64,000 nucleotides of DNA from Phyllobates terribilis. Taxonomy: Eukaryota. Where the stretch lies: positions 157,604,001 to 157,668,000 of the forward strand of contig NW_027362762.1 in NCBI RefSeq assembly GCF_046119375.1. The letters run 5' to 3'. The notes under the pieces are model-generated. The model saw nothing but the letters and a program-made list of their open reading frames with translations. It was not told where the DNA came from and searched no databases. Shown here one piece after another: positions 49,411 through 62,111 of this stretch; position 1 is the stretch's first letter, and each line of letters begins with the position of its first letter. The translations under genes were made by a program, and so were the position numbers.

Positions 49411-49523
49411 CCAACCCTAACCTTAACCCTAGCCCAACCCTAACCCTAGCACAACCCTAACCCTATCAAAACTCTAACCCTAGCACAACCCTAACCCTAA
49501 TCCTAGCACAACCCTAATCCTAG
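49411..49523. repeat. Degenerate telomere-like (CCCTAA)n tract
   Basis: aaccctaaccctagcacaaccctaaccct... with a higher-order unit of about 17 bp. Confidence 0.85.
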
Positions 49524-51316
49524 AGTTTATTTTTTACGCCGTTCCTCGTGCGGTATAAGTGATTAGACTACTTTATTCTTCAGGTCGGTGCAATTACAGT
49601 AATACCAGATTGATATCGGGTTTTTATGAATCACAGTTGTCACACACTTAAAAACCTTTTTTTTGCAAAGACTAGTTTTTGCGTCGCCATATTTTGAGAG
49701 CTATAATTTTTCCATATTTCGCCCGACAGAGTCATGTGATGGCTTGTTTTTTGCGGGACAACGTGACGTTTTTATTGGTACTATTTTCGGGCACGTGACA
49801 TTTTTTGATCGCTTTCTATTCCGATTTTTGGGAGGCAGAATAAACAAAGACCAACAATTCAGGAATTGTTTTTTTTATTTTATTTTTTTATGCCGTTCCG
49901 CCTGTGGTAAAATTGATAAGGCAGCTTTACTTTTCAGGTCAGTGCATTTACAGCGGTACCACATCTATATTTTTTTTATGTTTTGGCCCTTTTACACAAT
50001 AAAAACTATTTTACAGAAAAAATAATTGTTTTTGTATTGCTTTATTCTGAGAGCTATAACTTTTTTCTTTTTCGGCCATTGGAACTGTATGGCAGCTTGT
50101 TTTTTGCGGGACAAGATGACATTTTCAGCAGTACCATTTTTATTTACATTCGTCTTTTTTATTGTGTTTTATTCCACTTTTTGTTTGGTGGTATGATGCT
50201 AAAAACAAACAGCATAGCCAGAACAATAAGCAGAATTTTTTAAAAAATAGCAAAAGGCAATGGTACTCACCTGCCAAGGTTTCAAGAAAAATGCACACCA
50301 GGACACGGCCGGCCCCCTGGTGTGCATTTTTCTTGAAACCTTGGCTGGTGAGTACCATTGCCTTTTGGTATGATGATAAAGCATCATTTTTTGCTTCGTT
50401 GTTTTTTTTTTTTACCGTGTTCACTAAAGGGGTTAACTAGTGGGACAGTTTTATAGGTCAGGTCGTTCCGGATGCGGCGATACCAAATATGTGTACTTTC
50501 ATTGGTTTATTTTTTTTTTCTTAAGAATATTTATTTATGGGTACAGTATATTTTTATTTTTTGGGGATTATTTTTTTTCTTTTTTTTTTTAGATTTTAAC
50601 AATTTTTTTTTTTCACTTTCTGATACTTTTCTTACTTTTACACTTTGTCCCACTATGGGACTTTCACTTTTTACATTCTGATCGGCTGTATAGCATAGAG
50701 ATGCAGCACCATCCCTGTGCTATACAGCCTGTTAGTGCTGCACAGGGAGAAGTTACTTTGGTCGCGCACTGCGCATGGCCAAAGTAAATTCTTGCCTCCT
50801 GGTGATCCGGATGTTATGACGACATCGGGTCACCATGACTTCGATCACAGCATTTCGGGGGTTAATGTGCAGGGAGCGGTGCGGCACTGCTCCCTGCACA
50901 TAGTACCGGGTGTCAGCTGTGACAATCAGCTGACACCCGGCAGCGATCGCGCCCGCACTGCTCGTGTGAGGGCGTAATTGCCAGGGCGTACTAATACGTA
51001 TCTGGCTCATAAGGCCCAGGGCGCAAATACGTATTAGTACGCCTTGGGCCAGAAAGGGATTAAGGTCAGTTTCATACACCCGACATTCATTATGTATGAG
51101 GCTGCTGAGATCGAAGTCTGTACTCTGAACAAGAATGATGGATGTGTGAAACCTTAATAATTGCAGCGCATAAAAATTATTCACATTTTGGAGACTCAAT
51201 GGAGAAGTAAAGTATTAAAAGATCAGCTAGTAGTTCAATTGTATTAACGAGTATTTTATTGCATATACTGTACATTACCAATATTTAAGTGCCTGTATAT
51301 ATTGTAATATCTGTAG

Positions 51317-51430
51317 GACTGTACAAAGAGGAGGAGGAGTTTGTGGATGACTTGAGGAAGATGTGGTTTGGGCTTTACTCCCGCTCCTCAGGGGAACAAG
51401 ACTCCAGTGGCTTTGAACATGTGTTTGTGG
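51317..51430 (+). CDS. endou: endou coding exon with first catalytic His (FEHVF)
   Basis: ctgtag| acceptor, |gtatgt donor, 114 nt, phase 1-1. Encodes [37 protein letters not shown]. Confidence 0.96.
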
Positions 51431-52019
51431 GTATGTATGGTCAACGGGCAATAATGTTCCTGTCCAAGAATGGAAACAATATTTTTTTTCCATGACCACA
51501 TGGAATATTTTTATACATACATTTTTTTGTATGTCTTTAGTTATCATTCACTAGGACTGCTCTTATATTATACCCTTATTTACAAATAATATAATGTTAG
51601 ACTAGACAACATGTGCCACATTTATCACTATGGCTCGTGTTGGATGATACATTAGGGCATATTTTCACTCTTTATACCACCTATTGTGTGGGTTAGTTGA
51701 TACCAATATTTTGCACCTGAATTGTGGAGCATTTTTGCCACAAGTTATCACATTTAAACCATGACCTTTTTTTAACCCCCCACTCTAATCTAAAGAGTAC
51801 TAGACCCTTGTCTATGCACTGTGTCTATAAAGTTTCAATTAATTGAAAGTTTCATTCACAAGAACGGCACTGTCGGCGGCCTGCCTCTTACTTTATTGCA
51901 ATAAATCTTTAGGTTAGCTTGTTACAAAAATGGGTATTTTATTGTACACAGATACAGTGAAGGTATTATTTACTATGATATGGAAGTTTTTTCAAATTAA
52001 ACCAATCCCTCTTATCCAG

Positions 52020-52126
52020 GTGAAGTAAAGAAAGGCAAAGTGTCTGGTTTCCACAGTTGGATCCGGTTCTACCTCTTAGAAAAGAAAGGAATGATCAATT
52101 ATCACAGCCATAATTATGACGGGCCG
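52020..52126 (+). CDS. endou: endou coding exon with second catalytic His (GFHSW)
   Basis: ttatccag| acceptor, |gtgagt donor, 107 nt, phase 1-0. Encodes [35 protein letters not shown]. Confidence 0.96.
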
Positions 52127-52782
52127 GTGAGTTCTACAATTAATCATACATGTGGTCCAGCAAAGTGAACTAATTGTGTAGTGTTATCATGATGAACACA
52201 AAATGTTATCTGTCATCCAGGGATGGGATGTAATGGGCATTTGGACTGACATCATAAAGGAACGGCTAGTGACATCCATTATCTTCTCAAGAATCTGTTC
52301 TGTTTGCCTCTACAATTAGGCTAGATCTCACCCTGTGCGTCCAGTCCTAGTTATTCAGATGAAGGTTGTATCCTACTCATGGGTCACGCAGAGAACCCGC
52401 AGCCTTTTCTACTATACATAATGACATTAACTATTACGAATTCCTTTCATTGCAAACTATTCCTATATCCACGACAATGGCAGCAGGGCAAACAGGACAA
52501 TTGAATTTAGACCCAAATTGTGGAGACACAATCTAATTATGAACCACCAGCATTTTGCCTTGTTGACACTTCAGATATGGTCGTTTGGCGGGACAAATTA
52601 GGTTACATCGACTGTGTTCATTTTCACAATACAACATGCCTTGCCAGCTGCAGGGGGGCTGAACTGGGGTCATCAAAGAAATCCTCCCCCGAGCCCTCAA
52701 TGCTCACCTATCAGCCTTTTATGCTTTATCTATTTAACCTATTTTATCAAAGAAGAGAAGTGTTTGATTGATTGGCTTCTAC

Positions 52783-53365
52783 TAGAGATGATCGGATCTG
52801 CAGAGATTTGAAGTCAGCAAATCACACTTTTTTATCTCACCAGACTACAGAGCATAATAAACATAGGATGTAAAAAAACTAAAATAATACCTCACCGCTC
52901 ATCTGTCTCACCACCCTCAAAGGCTGCTGTCTGGTCCACCACACCTCTTCTTTTCGCCTTCCACCATAGCGTGAATCTTCTTTGGCCTGCTTCATTCTGG
53001 GCCATGGCTTACAGTGTGACTAGGCCTCGCCTCTGATTTCTCTGTGGATCATGCCATCGTGGTGCACATTTTGACGTCATGGCTTTACGACGAGAATTGC
53101 CCGAGGCCTAGTCAACACATTGAGGGAAGCATGTCACCACAGCGTGGCACACAGGCACATTTAGAGAACTAGTTGAGCCGGTATTCGCAGCTCAGCGTGA
53201 AGTTGGCCGAAAAAGATGTGCATGACTGATAAATATGAAAAGATAAGAGTGGCGATGAGCTAGCCACTATTTTGCTGAATTCACAAGGAATGAGTAAAGA
53301 GAACACAGATTTTTGTAAGTTTCGAAGAGAATTAAATTCCACTCGAATAAATTTGCTCATCTCCA
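52783..53365. mobile_element. hAT-family MITE
   Basis: TAGAGATGATCG ... TTTGCTCATCTCCA with a perfect 8-bp TSD gcttctac (52775-52782, 53366-53373). Confidence 0.88.
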
Positions 53366-53493
53366 GCTTCTACCATTTCTAATACAGTTCAAGCAGCACA
53401 TTCTAGGAAAATTGCCTCAATGGACAGTAATGTGACAGCATGAAGCATAACACAGTGTTTTCATTTTTTTAAAATTTATTTTTATTTTGACAG

Positions 53494-53636
53494 TGGACTA
53501 CCTACCCAGATGTGTTGGGGAAACAGTTTAATTGGGAAGGTTTCAATAAAGAAGTCGGCACGCAAATAATAGGCTCAAGTCCTGAGTTTGACTTCGCACT
53601 TTATAGCCTGTGCTTCATCAGTCGTCCTGGTAAAAA
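53494..53636 (+). CDS. endou: endou coding exon with catalytic Lys (KEVG)
   Basis: ttttgacag| acceptor, |gtaagt donor, 143 nt, phase 0-2. Encodes [47 protein letters not shown]. Confidence 0.96.
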
Positions 53637-53969
53637 GTAAGTAAATGTTTCAATTAAATTTACATTACGTCAAGCATACTGCCAAATGATGGCACTGTAC
53701 AACCATTTAGGTTTGCAGAGCAATGATAAGACCCTCATAGCGTTCTAGGGGCCCTTTCTTAACAATATATGCATCCAAATTCATACTAAATCAGTCAAAA
53801 ACTTGTGGCGCGCTCAATTACATGCTGTATTGTGAAGCTGTTCTCCATTAGATGCATTGCTTCTATGGGAACAACCCTACAATTCGTGCAGCGCACTATA
53901 TGGGAACACCTCGACTATAGATGTCTCTGTAGCACACGGCCGCAGGTACAATGTGTGCTGATATACAGC

Positions 53970-55034
53970 TGACGCGCCCCCGGGGCAATGGGGGTACTCG
54001 GCAGCCGGGCCTATGGATGCTGGGAGGGGTATGTTACAGTGGCTGGCCCGGTCCGTGGCCCAGGGCGGTCAACCAAAAAGGGGATTCTAACTTGGATAGA
54101 AAATAAAAATAAAGTAAATATTTCGTGACGCCACCTGTGGTATCTGGTAAGGATTACCAACGCTGCTGCAGACCTCCGGGGGGGGTGATGGGATGGCAGC
54201 TAAGGTGTTTCTGCTCCCCACAGGTGGAGCAGGCCCCCGGGGCAGTGTGGAGTTTGGTGGGTGGTGATGCTGGGACTTGTAATGCAGGCGGATGGCGCAG
54301 CAGGAGTAACTGACAGAGACAGGGGATTCGCTTCAATACCTTTACTGGTGGGGATGTCAGGTACGGTCCAGGGTACACAGTAGGATGGGTGCACTTCAGG
54401 ACTTCTCCCCAGTGAGCAGGTATAAGGCCTCCTGGTCCGTGTCTGCCTCTCTGTATGCTCCTGGCCAGCCTGCAACTGGGCCTAGCTTATGTGTCGTGCT
54501 GTTCCTTCACCTGCCGCTCGGTAGTAGGACCTTCTGCTGGCAACCACTATCCGAGGTCGTCGGGGCCTTCGTGGTTCCTGGTCCTGTGTGGGTCTAGATT
54601 CAGGTCAGCCAGGGACTTGTAGTCCTCCTGGAATGCCGGTGATCCCTACTGGGTATAAAGGACCCTGTAGGCGCGGACCCGGTGTCCGGTTTGTATCTTG
54701 GGGTGAGCCTATGATGCTCCTCTGCCCCCTAAACTCCTCTCTCCTTTCCTCCTTGCCGTTGGCCACACTCGGGGCCCTCAGAACTCAGCAGCAGACGCGC
54801 TGCATCTTCGCTGCTCTCAGCGTCAGCACGCTCTCAGACTCTCTCTCTGTCTGACTGAACTCTAAACTGACTGACTGCCTGGCTCCACCCTCCCATATAT
54901 ATATCCCTAACGGGCTCCCTCTGGTGGTGTGAGGTGGAAGGGTGGAGGTGTTTGTATGTAATGAGGGCCTCTTTTGGAGAAGTCCGTCCAGGCACCCTGG
55001 GTCCTGTGGTACCTGTGCACAGCAGGGTGCCACA
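53970..55034 (-). mobile_element. Gypsy solo LTR
   Basis: TG...CA termini (tgacgcgccccc ... gggtgccaca) and 4-bp TSD cagc (53966-53969, 55035-55038). Related to, but diverged from, the LTR at 41583-42590. Confidence 0.92.
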
Positions 55035-56133
55035 CAGCCATAAGTGTGTAGCTTTTGTGATATTAGTGTTCACTGTAAACTTTAAATTGTTAAAGTCTCC
55101 CAAATTTTAACCATTACGCTTTATAGCCTTATTCCTGCTGCTATATCTTCATATTGGTGCCGTAATAACTAATATATTGTTGATCGTCATATGCAAATTA
55201 ATTAGGACTGGTCCAGGTGATCGTTCCTTCATTCAGACTAGCATCAGGTGCAGAAATCACTGCCGCTGAGCATGATTGCCACCCTTTCCACTTGTTACGT
55301 CATGTCTAGAATGGAGCCACCATGCCTTCCTGAGCATGCACAGTGAAATTGGGACTACTCTCCCTCGCTTCATCAGTGCACTGAGCAAGTTATAGATGGG
55401 ACGTCATTTTAGAAATTACTTAGACAGTGGTGAAGACATCAATTACAGCATCACATGTCTCAATCACAATAGTCTCAATGTACTGAATCCCACCCAGGCT
55501 AGTTATAGCTAATTAGCATATTATGATCCACACTGTATTAGTTATTTTGGCATTGATATGAAGATTGGTCAAGGCTATCTGAAAGCGAGAATACGGCTCT
55601 ACAACTTAATGGTGGCAGTTTGAAAGATTTGGGGCACCGGACTGGTTCCCTTTAATAGAGAGGCTGCTGTGGCCACTGTATTAAGAGGGGGTGATAATGG
55701 AAATGGGTTTAACTGGACCAACATTCCAATACCCAATTCATGGTCTAATTCTAGAATTCAGCGGCTAATAATTACCACCAGCTTTAGTAAGGAAAACAAA
55801 AGCAATATAAGTAGATGTTACATTCAGGTATACATTATTTCCATGTAAGTATTTTTAGGATTTTTTTAATTCTAAATACCACTGGAAAGGGTATATGTCA
55901 GATAAAATACTGCTCAGTATGAAATCAGAGACACATAGAGGTACAGTAGGGCCTAAAATAAGTCTGTGGATACCATATTACAGCTCTACAAGTTGAAGGT
56001 TGTATAGAACAATTGTACCCCTCTGGTAGGGGGTCTTATAATGACATAATATCCTAGTAATTAAATTCATACAATATCACACACTATAAAATGGCCTAAA
56101 AAATTAACTAACTTCTCTTCCTCTCATCTGCAG

Positions 56134-56245
56134 ATGTACTATCAGCATGGGAGGACATGAAATAGACATACAAACGTACGAATGGACCAAGACCTCCTAT
56201 AACAATGGCAGGAAGTACATCGCTACAGCCTATCCTACATTTTAG
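56134..56245 (+). CDS. endou: endou last coding exon
   Basis: ctcatctgcag| acceptor, phase 2. Encodes CTISMGGHEIDIQTYEWTKTSYNNGRKYIATAYPTF-stop, matching the EndoU C-terminal K(Y/F)IAT(A/S)Y motif. Confidence 0.95.
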
Positions 56246-56289
56246 AATGGTCTTACAAACCCTTTTACATTTTACAAATAGTATTCTTA

Positions 56290-56632
56290 TAATTAAAAAT
56301 TCTCTATTAAGAAAACAAAACAAAAAAACATCTACTAATACCTAAAAATAACTCTCCTAGGAAAACTGGTGTAATCATTTATGTCTAGGGGAAGATTTGA
56401 TGGGCTGATGTATGAGATCCTATAAACAGGTATAGCACCGACCCTACAAGGTTTCAACTTCCTCACAACCTTCCCCCCTATTGCCTCTGTCACACTCGCC
56501 TTCATATCACTCCTCACTTACAGACATACTCCTCCTCCTTTCCTATTTGCCCTGTCTTTCTGGAAGAACCTACAACCAGGAACATTTACAGCTCAATCAT
56601 GTGAAGTTTCCAACCATATTTCGGAATAAAAA
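56290..56632 (+). terminator. Candidate endou polyadenylation signals (ATTAAA near 56292, AATAAA near 56625)
   Basis: Hexamers downstream of the stop codon. No transcript evidence. Confidence 0.3.
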
Positions 56633-56842
56633 CTACATCAATATTCTCCTCCAGTACCAAGGCTTCAGGCTCTCCCAATTTGCTTGCTAGACTGTTGAAA
56701 CAGAAATAGTGAGGTCACTTACTGTTTCCACACAGTTTAATACCCCCAAATAATGCCACCACCCAATTGATGCCCCCATGGTGTCTCCTCCCTCCATTTA
56801 CACGAGATGATCTCAGACTGTTAAACAGGTGCTGATCTAATA

Positions 56843-57360
56843 CAACCCCTGGCAAAAATTATGGAATCACCGGGCTCAGATTTTAGACACAGCTGACTGT
56901 GAACAACCAACATCTTTTGCAACATTGCTGATGTTTTACCTTCTTTTAAGAGTTTGATAATCCTCTCCTTTGTTTCAATTGACATCTCTCGTGTTGGAGC
57001 CATGATTCATGTCAGTCCACTTGATGCAACAGCTCTCCAAGGTGTGATCACTCCTTTTTAGATGCAGACTAATGAGCAGATCTAATTTGTTGCAAAATTT
57101 ACAGTGTGATTCCATATTTTTTTCCTCAGAATTGGGTGATTCCATAATTTTTTCCCTCTGCTTGGTCTGAAAAAAATGACCCTTACTAAGTACCACATTT
57201 TTTATCTTGATTTCTTTTAGTGTTTCTTAAAGCCTTTAAGTTGCCATTTGAAATGACTTTAGTTTTGTGCCATGTCTGTGATCTGCTTTTTTCAACAACA
57301 TTGAACAACTGAATGAACATCCTCTGAGCCCGGTGATTCCATAATTTTTGCTAGGGGTTG
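56843..57360 (-). mobile_element. Internally deleted Tc1 retaining the transposase N-terminus
   Basis: TIRs caacccctggcaaaaattatggaatcaccgggctc, TA TSD, and - strand MAPTREMSIETKERIIKLLKEG. Confidence 0.9.
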
Positions 57361-57639
57361 TATATTCAAGTCATTTGGTGCTTAGTACTGGCCTTTTTAA
57401 GCTGATGAATAATGATACTGAAGACAATCACTAATGTATTATTTTATCCCCACACATATCATGTTATCGGCAGCACATCTCCTGTTTACACCAGCAATGT
57501 GTTGCCAGTACTGATGATATTTGTTCCTACATAAAAGATCCAATCACCCGACCAGTGAGCATTTTGATCATTCGCTGAGTGATTGCTGATGAGTTTACAA
57601 ACTCTCATCTGAGCTGCTATTTAATAATTTGTTTGTTAC

Positions 57640-57915
57640 GCATACACTCCATGCTATACACACACTCTATGCTATATACACATTCTATGCTGTACACACA
57701 CATCCTATAGGTTACATATACACACACTCCATGCTATACAAGTACTCTATGCTACACGCACACACAAACATACTGTAGATTAAATATACACACACTTCAT
57801 GCTACACACACTCTGTGCCATACACACACTTAAGGATACATACAGTATACACACACTCCATGCTATGCAAACACTCCATGCTACACACACTGCATGTTAC
57901 ACACACACGCACATA
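57640..57915. repeat. CA-rich low-complexity repeat (ctatgctacacacact variants)
   Basis: Repeated ctccatgctatacacacac-like units. Confidence 0.8.
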
Positions 57916-60900
57916 CACTTCATATTACAAAAATATTCTCCAAGTTCACACAGAGTAGAAGACATAGCATGTTCTCTTCTCTTCAGCTCCACCACACTCC
58001 TGCAGGTCGAAGGACCTTTGGTTACATGACCATGATGTTACCAAAAGTCCTTCTACACTTCTAACCTCTGAAACCGTATTGATAATGGATGTGGCATTGT
58101 CAGTACAATTTCTGACTTGCAAACTCTGGGTGCCTTTTTGCCCAATTTGTCCCCTCACCAACCCATAGTGTTGGCCCTGAATGGTAAAGTTAGAACTAAA
58201 GCTCCTCATTTTACCCTTATATTTAACACTATTTGCATCCTAACAATGCAGATACAAATAAAAGTGGGACATAACTTCGACTATCCTGGAAATCAGGACC
58301 TTTCCACAAACCCGGGACTGTCCCACTGGAACCATGAAAGTTGGGGGGCAAGGATTACAACTGATGCATCCTGAGATTTCAGACATTTTTATTGCGGTAA
58401 ACTCTATCAAATGCCATATTGATGAATTGCTGATTATATGGGAGAAGGTGTCTATATTATGGTGTTGTACGGAGCAACATTGCAGCATGTAGGATGCAGT
58501 ACCTCTTCTGTGTGTTTAGAGTACTCACGTAGGACAATCGTTAACTCAATTCTGGACATTATTGATCTACTAAGTTTTGTTCTAGTAATAGACTAGATAA
58601 GAACATGGAGATGTACAGTATTTGCTAAGATAAGTGACATTAAACAGTTCCCTTCTATATTTGGCTCAGTATGATTCTCTGTGAGTGAGTTATTCTTCAA
58701 AGGGATGTGAAGTTTAGGAAATCAGCTTTTTTATTGTAATTTGTGTTCAGATTGAAAATAAACTTAGGATAAAATCCAAAAAAAGACATTTTGAGCTAAA
58801 TAAACAATAATATTTCCTCTGCCAGAGGAGAGAGCAAGGAGACTCTCTCTTTCTGGTGTAGATGACATATGACTGGTGGCTGCACCACTGATTGACTGAA
58901 GTGGTCATCTCACGATCCTTGCCAGAAGAGGAAGTGAAAAGATTGATGGGGGACACGGGTAGCACTACCGAGGAACAGCGGGGATCCAGTAGGTGAGTAC
59001 ATATTTTTTTATTTTTATTTTCAGACTACACTAGACCCATTTTTAAAGTAAAAAAAAGGGTAGACAACAACCACCTGTTCAACATAAGTTCAGGCTAAAT
59101 GGCAAACCTCCAAACCATGCACAGAAAATAGATTAAAAAAAAAATCTATAATCAGAAAAAAAACTCATTCTCACAGATCACATACAAACTATCAAACTAT
59201 GAAAAAGAATTTGTGTCACTCTCTGATTTTAATAAAAAAAATATATATATTTTGAAAGATAGAAGTAATTTATGTAAGATACAAAAATAAAATCACAAAA
59301 TCGCTAAGTGAAGAACTGCTACATGGTTTACATTCCTTAAACTATTGTACATTGAAGTTTTCATTCTCGAAGAACATTGCAACTGAAAAACATCCCATCG
59401 GTCTACAGCTGGCTATACTCATAACATGTGCCGGAGGAATGTTCCTCTTTTTTAGGTGTTACATATGAAAATATATCTCAGTATACAATTATTTATATAC
59501 TGTATTATGAAACATCATTACTGTCTAATGTCCCTATTCCTTTTTCTCCAGAGGTCTTGATCTAAACTCACGATTAATTAAAAATTGTGACGCAGGATGG
59601 ATCAGTTAAATGACCAGTCCTGCATTCAGAATTAATAGTCTCTGCTTAATAATCTATGACTATCATTAATAAATTGAAAAAAAATCTGTGTTTGGAAGCC
59701 CAAACGTAATAGACTTTTTACATGCAACATTTATTCAAACCAATTGCAAAAAAAAAATTTGTTAGAAAAATCTGGATTATACTGAATAAATATTTTGCTC
59801 TCTGAAAATAAATGTTGCCTAATAATAACTTGATTGTTTTTTCTACTCCAGATTGAAAAAAAAATTGTTAAGCAAATTTGCACTATTGACTGACTGCTGA
59901 CATTCGCACCATTCTGGTTTTCATCTTTTCAATTAGTATGTCTAGAAAAATCTCACGGAAAATGATAGATAGATAAATAGATAGATTAGATTAGATTATT
60001 GTTGTACTCTATTATTACCACTAGAGGTCAGGCTCACCACATGCACAAACGATCAATTGGAGCGCTAGAATCACAAAACAGCTAAGTCCTCAAGTAGTAC
60101 AGTAGCGAATCTTAATTTTAAGACTGATGTTAGGTAAATGATTGCCAATGTTCAAACAGACTTTTCTACTGTCATAGTGAAATGGTTTCTGATCTTCTTC
60201 ATCCCTAAGCATACAGGCAGTCTGTGGCCTTATGCTGTGGCAACTAATCGCCCCACAATTTAGCCAGAAATTGAGATTTCATTATACAGGAAAACAACAA
60301 TGTTTCCAACTGAGAATGGAATAAAAAATGTTTTGGAGCATCTGGACTTATTGGGACTATTTGGGCTCTTTTTAGAACTGAGAAGTTTGCAAAAATAAGA
60401 ATCCGATTTCTCAAGGTTTCATCTAAGAATAAAATAACCAAAACAAACATTAAGGAACTGAAGACCTCAGTGTTGTAAGATGGGTCAACATTTATGAATC
60501 CCCTATCAAAGGGAGAATGTGTAAAAACAGTATACTCTACATGGACAGCTGCCAAGCAAAAATAAAGATTTCACTCATATTTTGCAAAACAAGAAAACCT
60601 CGGTGATTTAAAATCCTTTTTTGATTTCATCCTCTAGGTGCATGGATCCTGTTATAAATCATGCACAGCTAAATTCGCATCTCAAAATATGAACTTAAAT
60701 GGCCAACGTTGTTTTTCATACCTTCATATTTGTATTGAAAAGCAAAGTGAGCAATCTTGCAATTTTCACATTGGCCACTGGGGCTATTTTAGACTCTTAC
60801 TTCTTGTCCTTTCAGAAAGAGTTTTCAGCAGGCTCCTTATCGCCAGAGCCATTATTACAATGACAGGTAACACCTCCATATATAGTTGATAACACAGGAT

Positions 60901-61835
60901 CCACCAATCCTAATAGGCAATGTCACATCTGACCCTGCCTCCTCCTTTCTCAGTGACCTTTGCAAAGGCCAGTTAGATGCTTTCATACAAAAGATAGGGT
61001 CAGAGTTTGTTCATTTTGGTTTATTTACATTTTTTTCTTTCATTTTGCTCACTTATATAGCGCCATCATATTGCACAGACATCATCATCACTGTCCCCAT
61101 TGGGGCTCACAATCTAAATTCACTATCAATTTGTCTTTGGAGTTGTGTTGCTTAGAGTCTAAAAAGCCCCTGTGGTCAGTGTGAAAACAGCAACATTTTT
61201 TTTTTTCCCTTGAAAATTTTTTTTTACAACATTTTCAAAATAGTACATTAAGACCATAATAGGGAGAGACTTTCATGTGTACATAATGATGTAGGATAAG
61301 TTTTAGACAAGGCTTGTATAACTACTGAAAAATCTCTTCAAATGAATTGTATAATAATGCATCATAGAAGGGACATCTTAAAGAGATCTCAAGTATTGCC
61401 TAATCATGGAAGAAAAGGCAGATATTGTAACAAAGAACAAGCATCAATACCAGAACAATGTAAGATACAAAATAAAATAAAAACTCCAGCATACATTGGA
61501 AGTTGTTAATTCTATGCAGGATCTCAACGCACCTGTACCAATGAGTAAAGATCTTAAAGTTATTTTCTTCAGCAAAACATTCAATCAACATTGTATGGGT
61601 TAAAGTAATGATTTTAAGGAAGCCCACCTCTGATAGAGTGATCTGTGATTCATGTTGCCATGCAGCAAGGTACTCAGACACATTTTCAGACAAGAATCTT
61701 TAAAATTGAAAGATAGGGAGAGAAGGTGCAAAAGTCTGCAATAGGAGGGACTCTAAGGTAGAAAGGGCAGGGGAAGGTAGTGCCTGGGGGAATATTGATC
61801 GAAGTAAGGAATGTAGCTGCATATATTCAAGGTCA

Positions 61836-61871
61836 CCCCCAGAAGAAGCTGATGCGAAACACGTGATGGGG
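61836..61871 (+). ncRNA. Degenerate minimal hammerhead-like motif (PLE-type)
   Basis: CCCC-CAGAAGA-AGCugauGC-GAAAC-ACGU-GAU-GGGG. Confidence 0.45.
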
Positions 61872-62111
61872 TCTGTACTTCATCCGCCAGGTTAATCCTG
61901 AACGTCATTGATATATATTTATTCTATCACTATTCTGATTCTGAGGTGCCTTTGGTATTTACATCTGCATTTACTATTTGGCTGCCGCCAACTTTTTTGG
62001 GACATCATTTCCATGTTTTTATCCTGCTGCTGTTTATTATAGGATGAATCCTTAACATTAATGTCATGTTTTAGCATAGCTATGCTCAGTTGGAGAAAGA
62101 TACAGTATGTG

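Larger units (their letters stand above)
47680..51059. mobile_element. Non-autonomous piggyBac-like (TTAA/CCCCTT-ended) element
   Basis: Degenerate termini ttca|cccctttacc ... gaaaggga|ttaa, and internal ~370-bp direct repeats (48250-48990) also seen as a fragment at about 30040-30380. No transposase. Confidence 0.65.

Noticed and set aside
60283-60480. Possible exon of a downstream gene (MFPTENGIKNVLEHLDLLGLFWALFR...)
   Set aside because: It is a short open frame with no recognisable homology and no supporting neighbouring exons.
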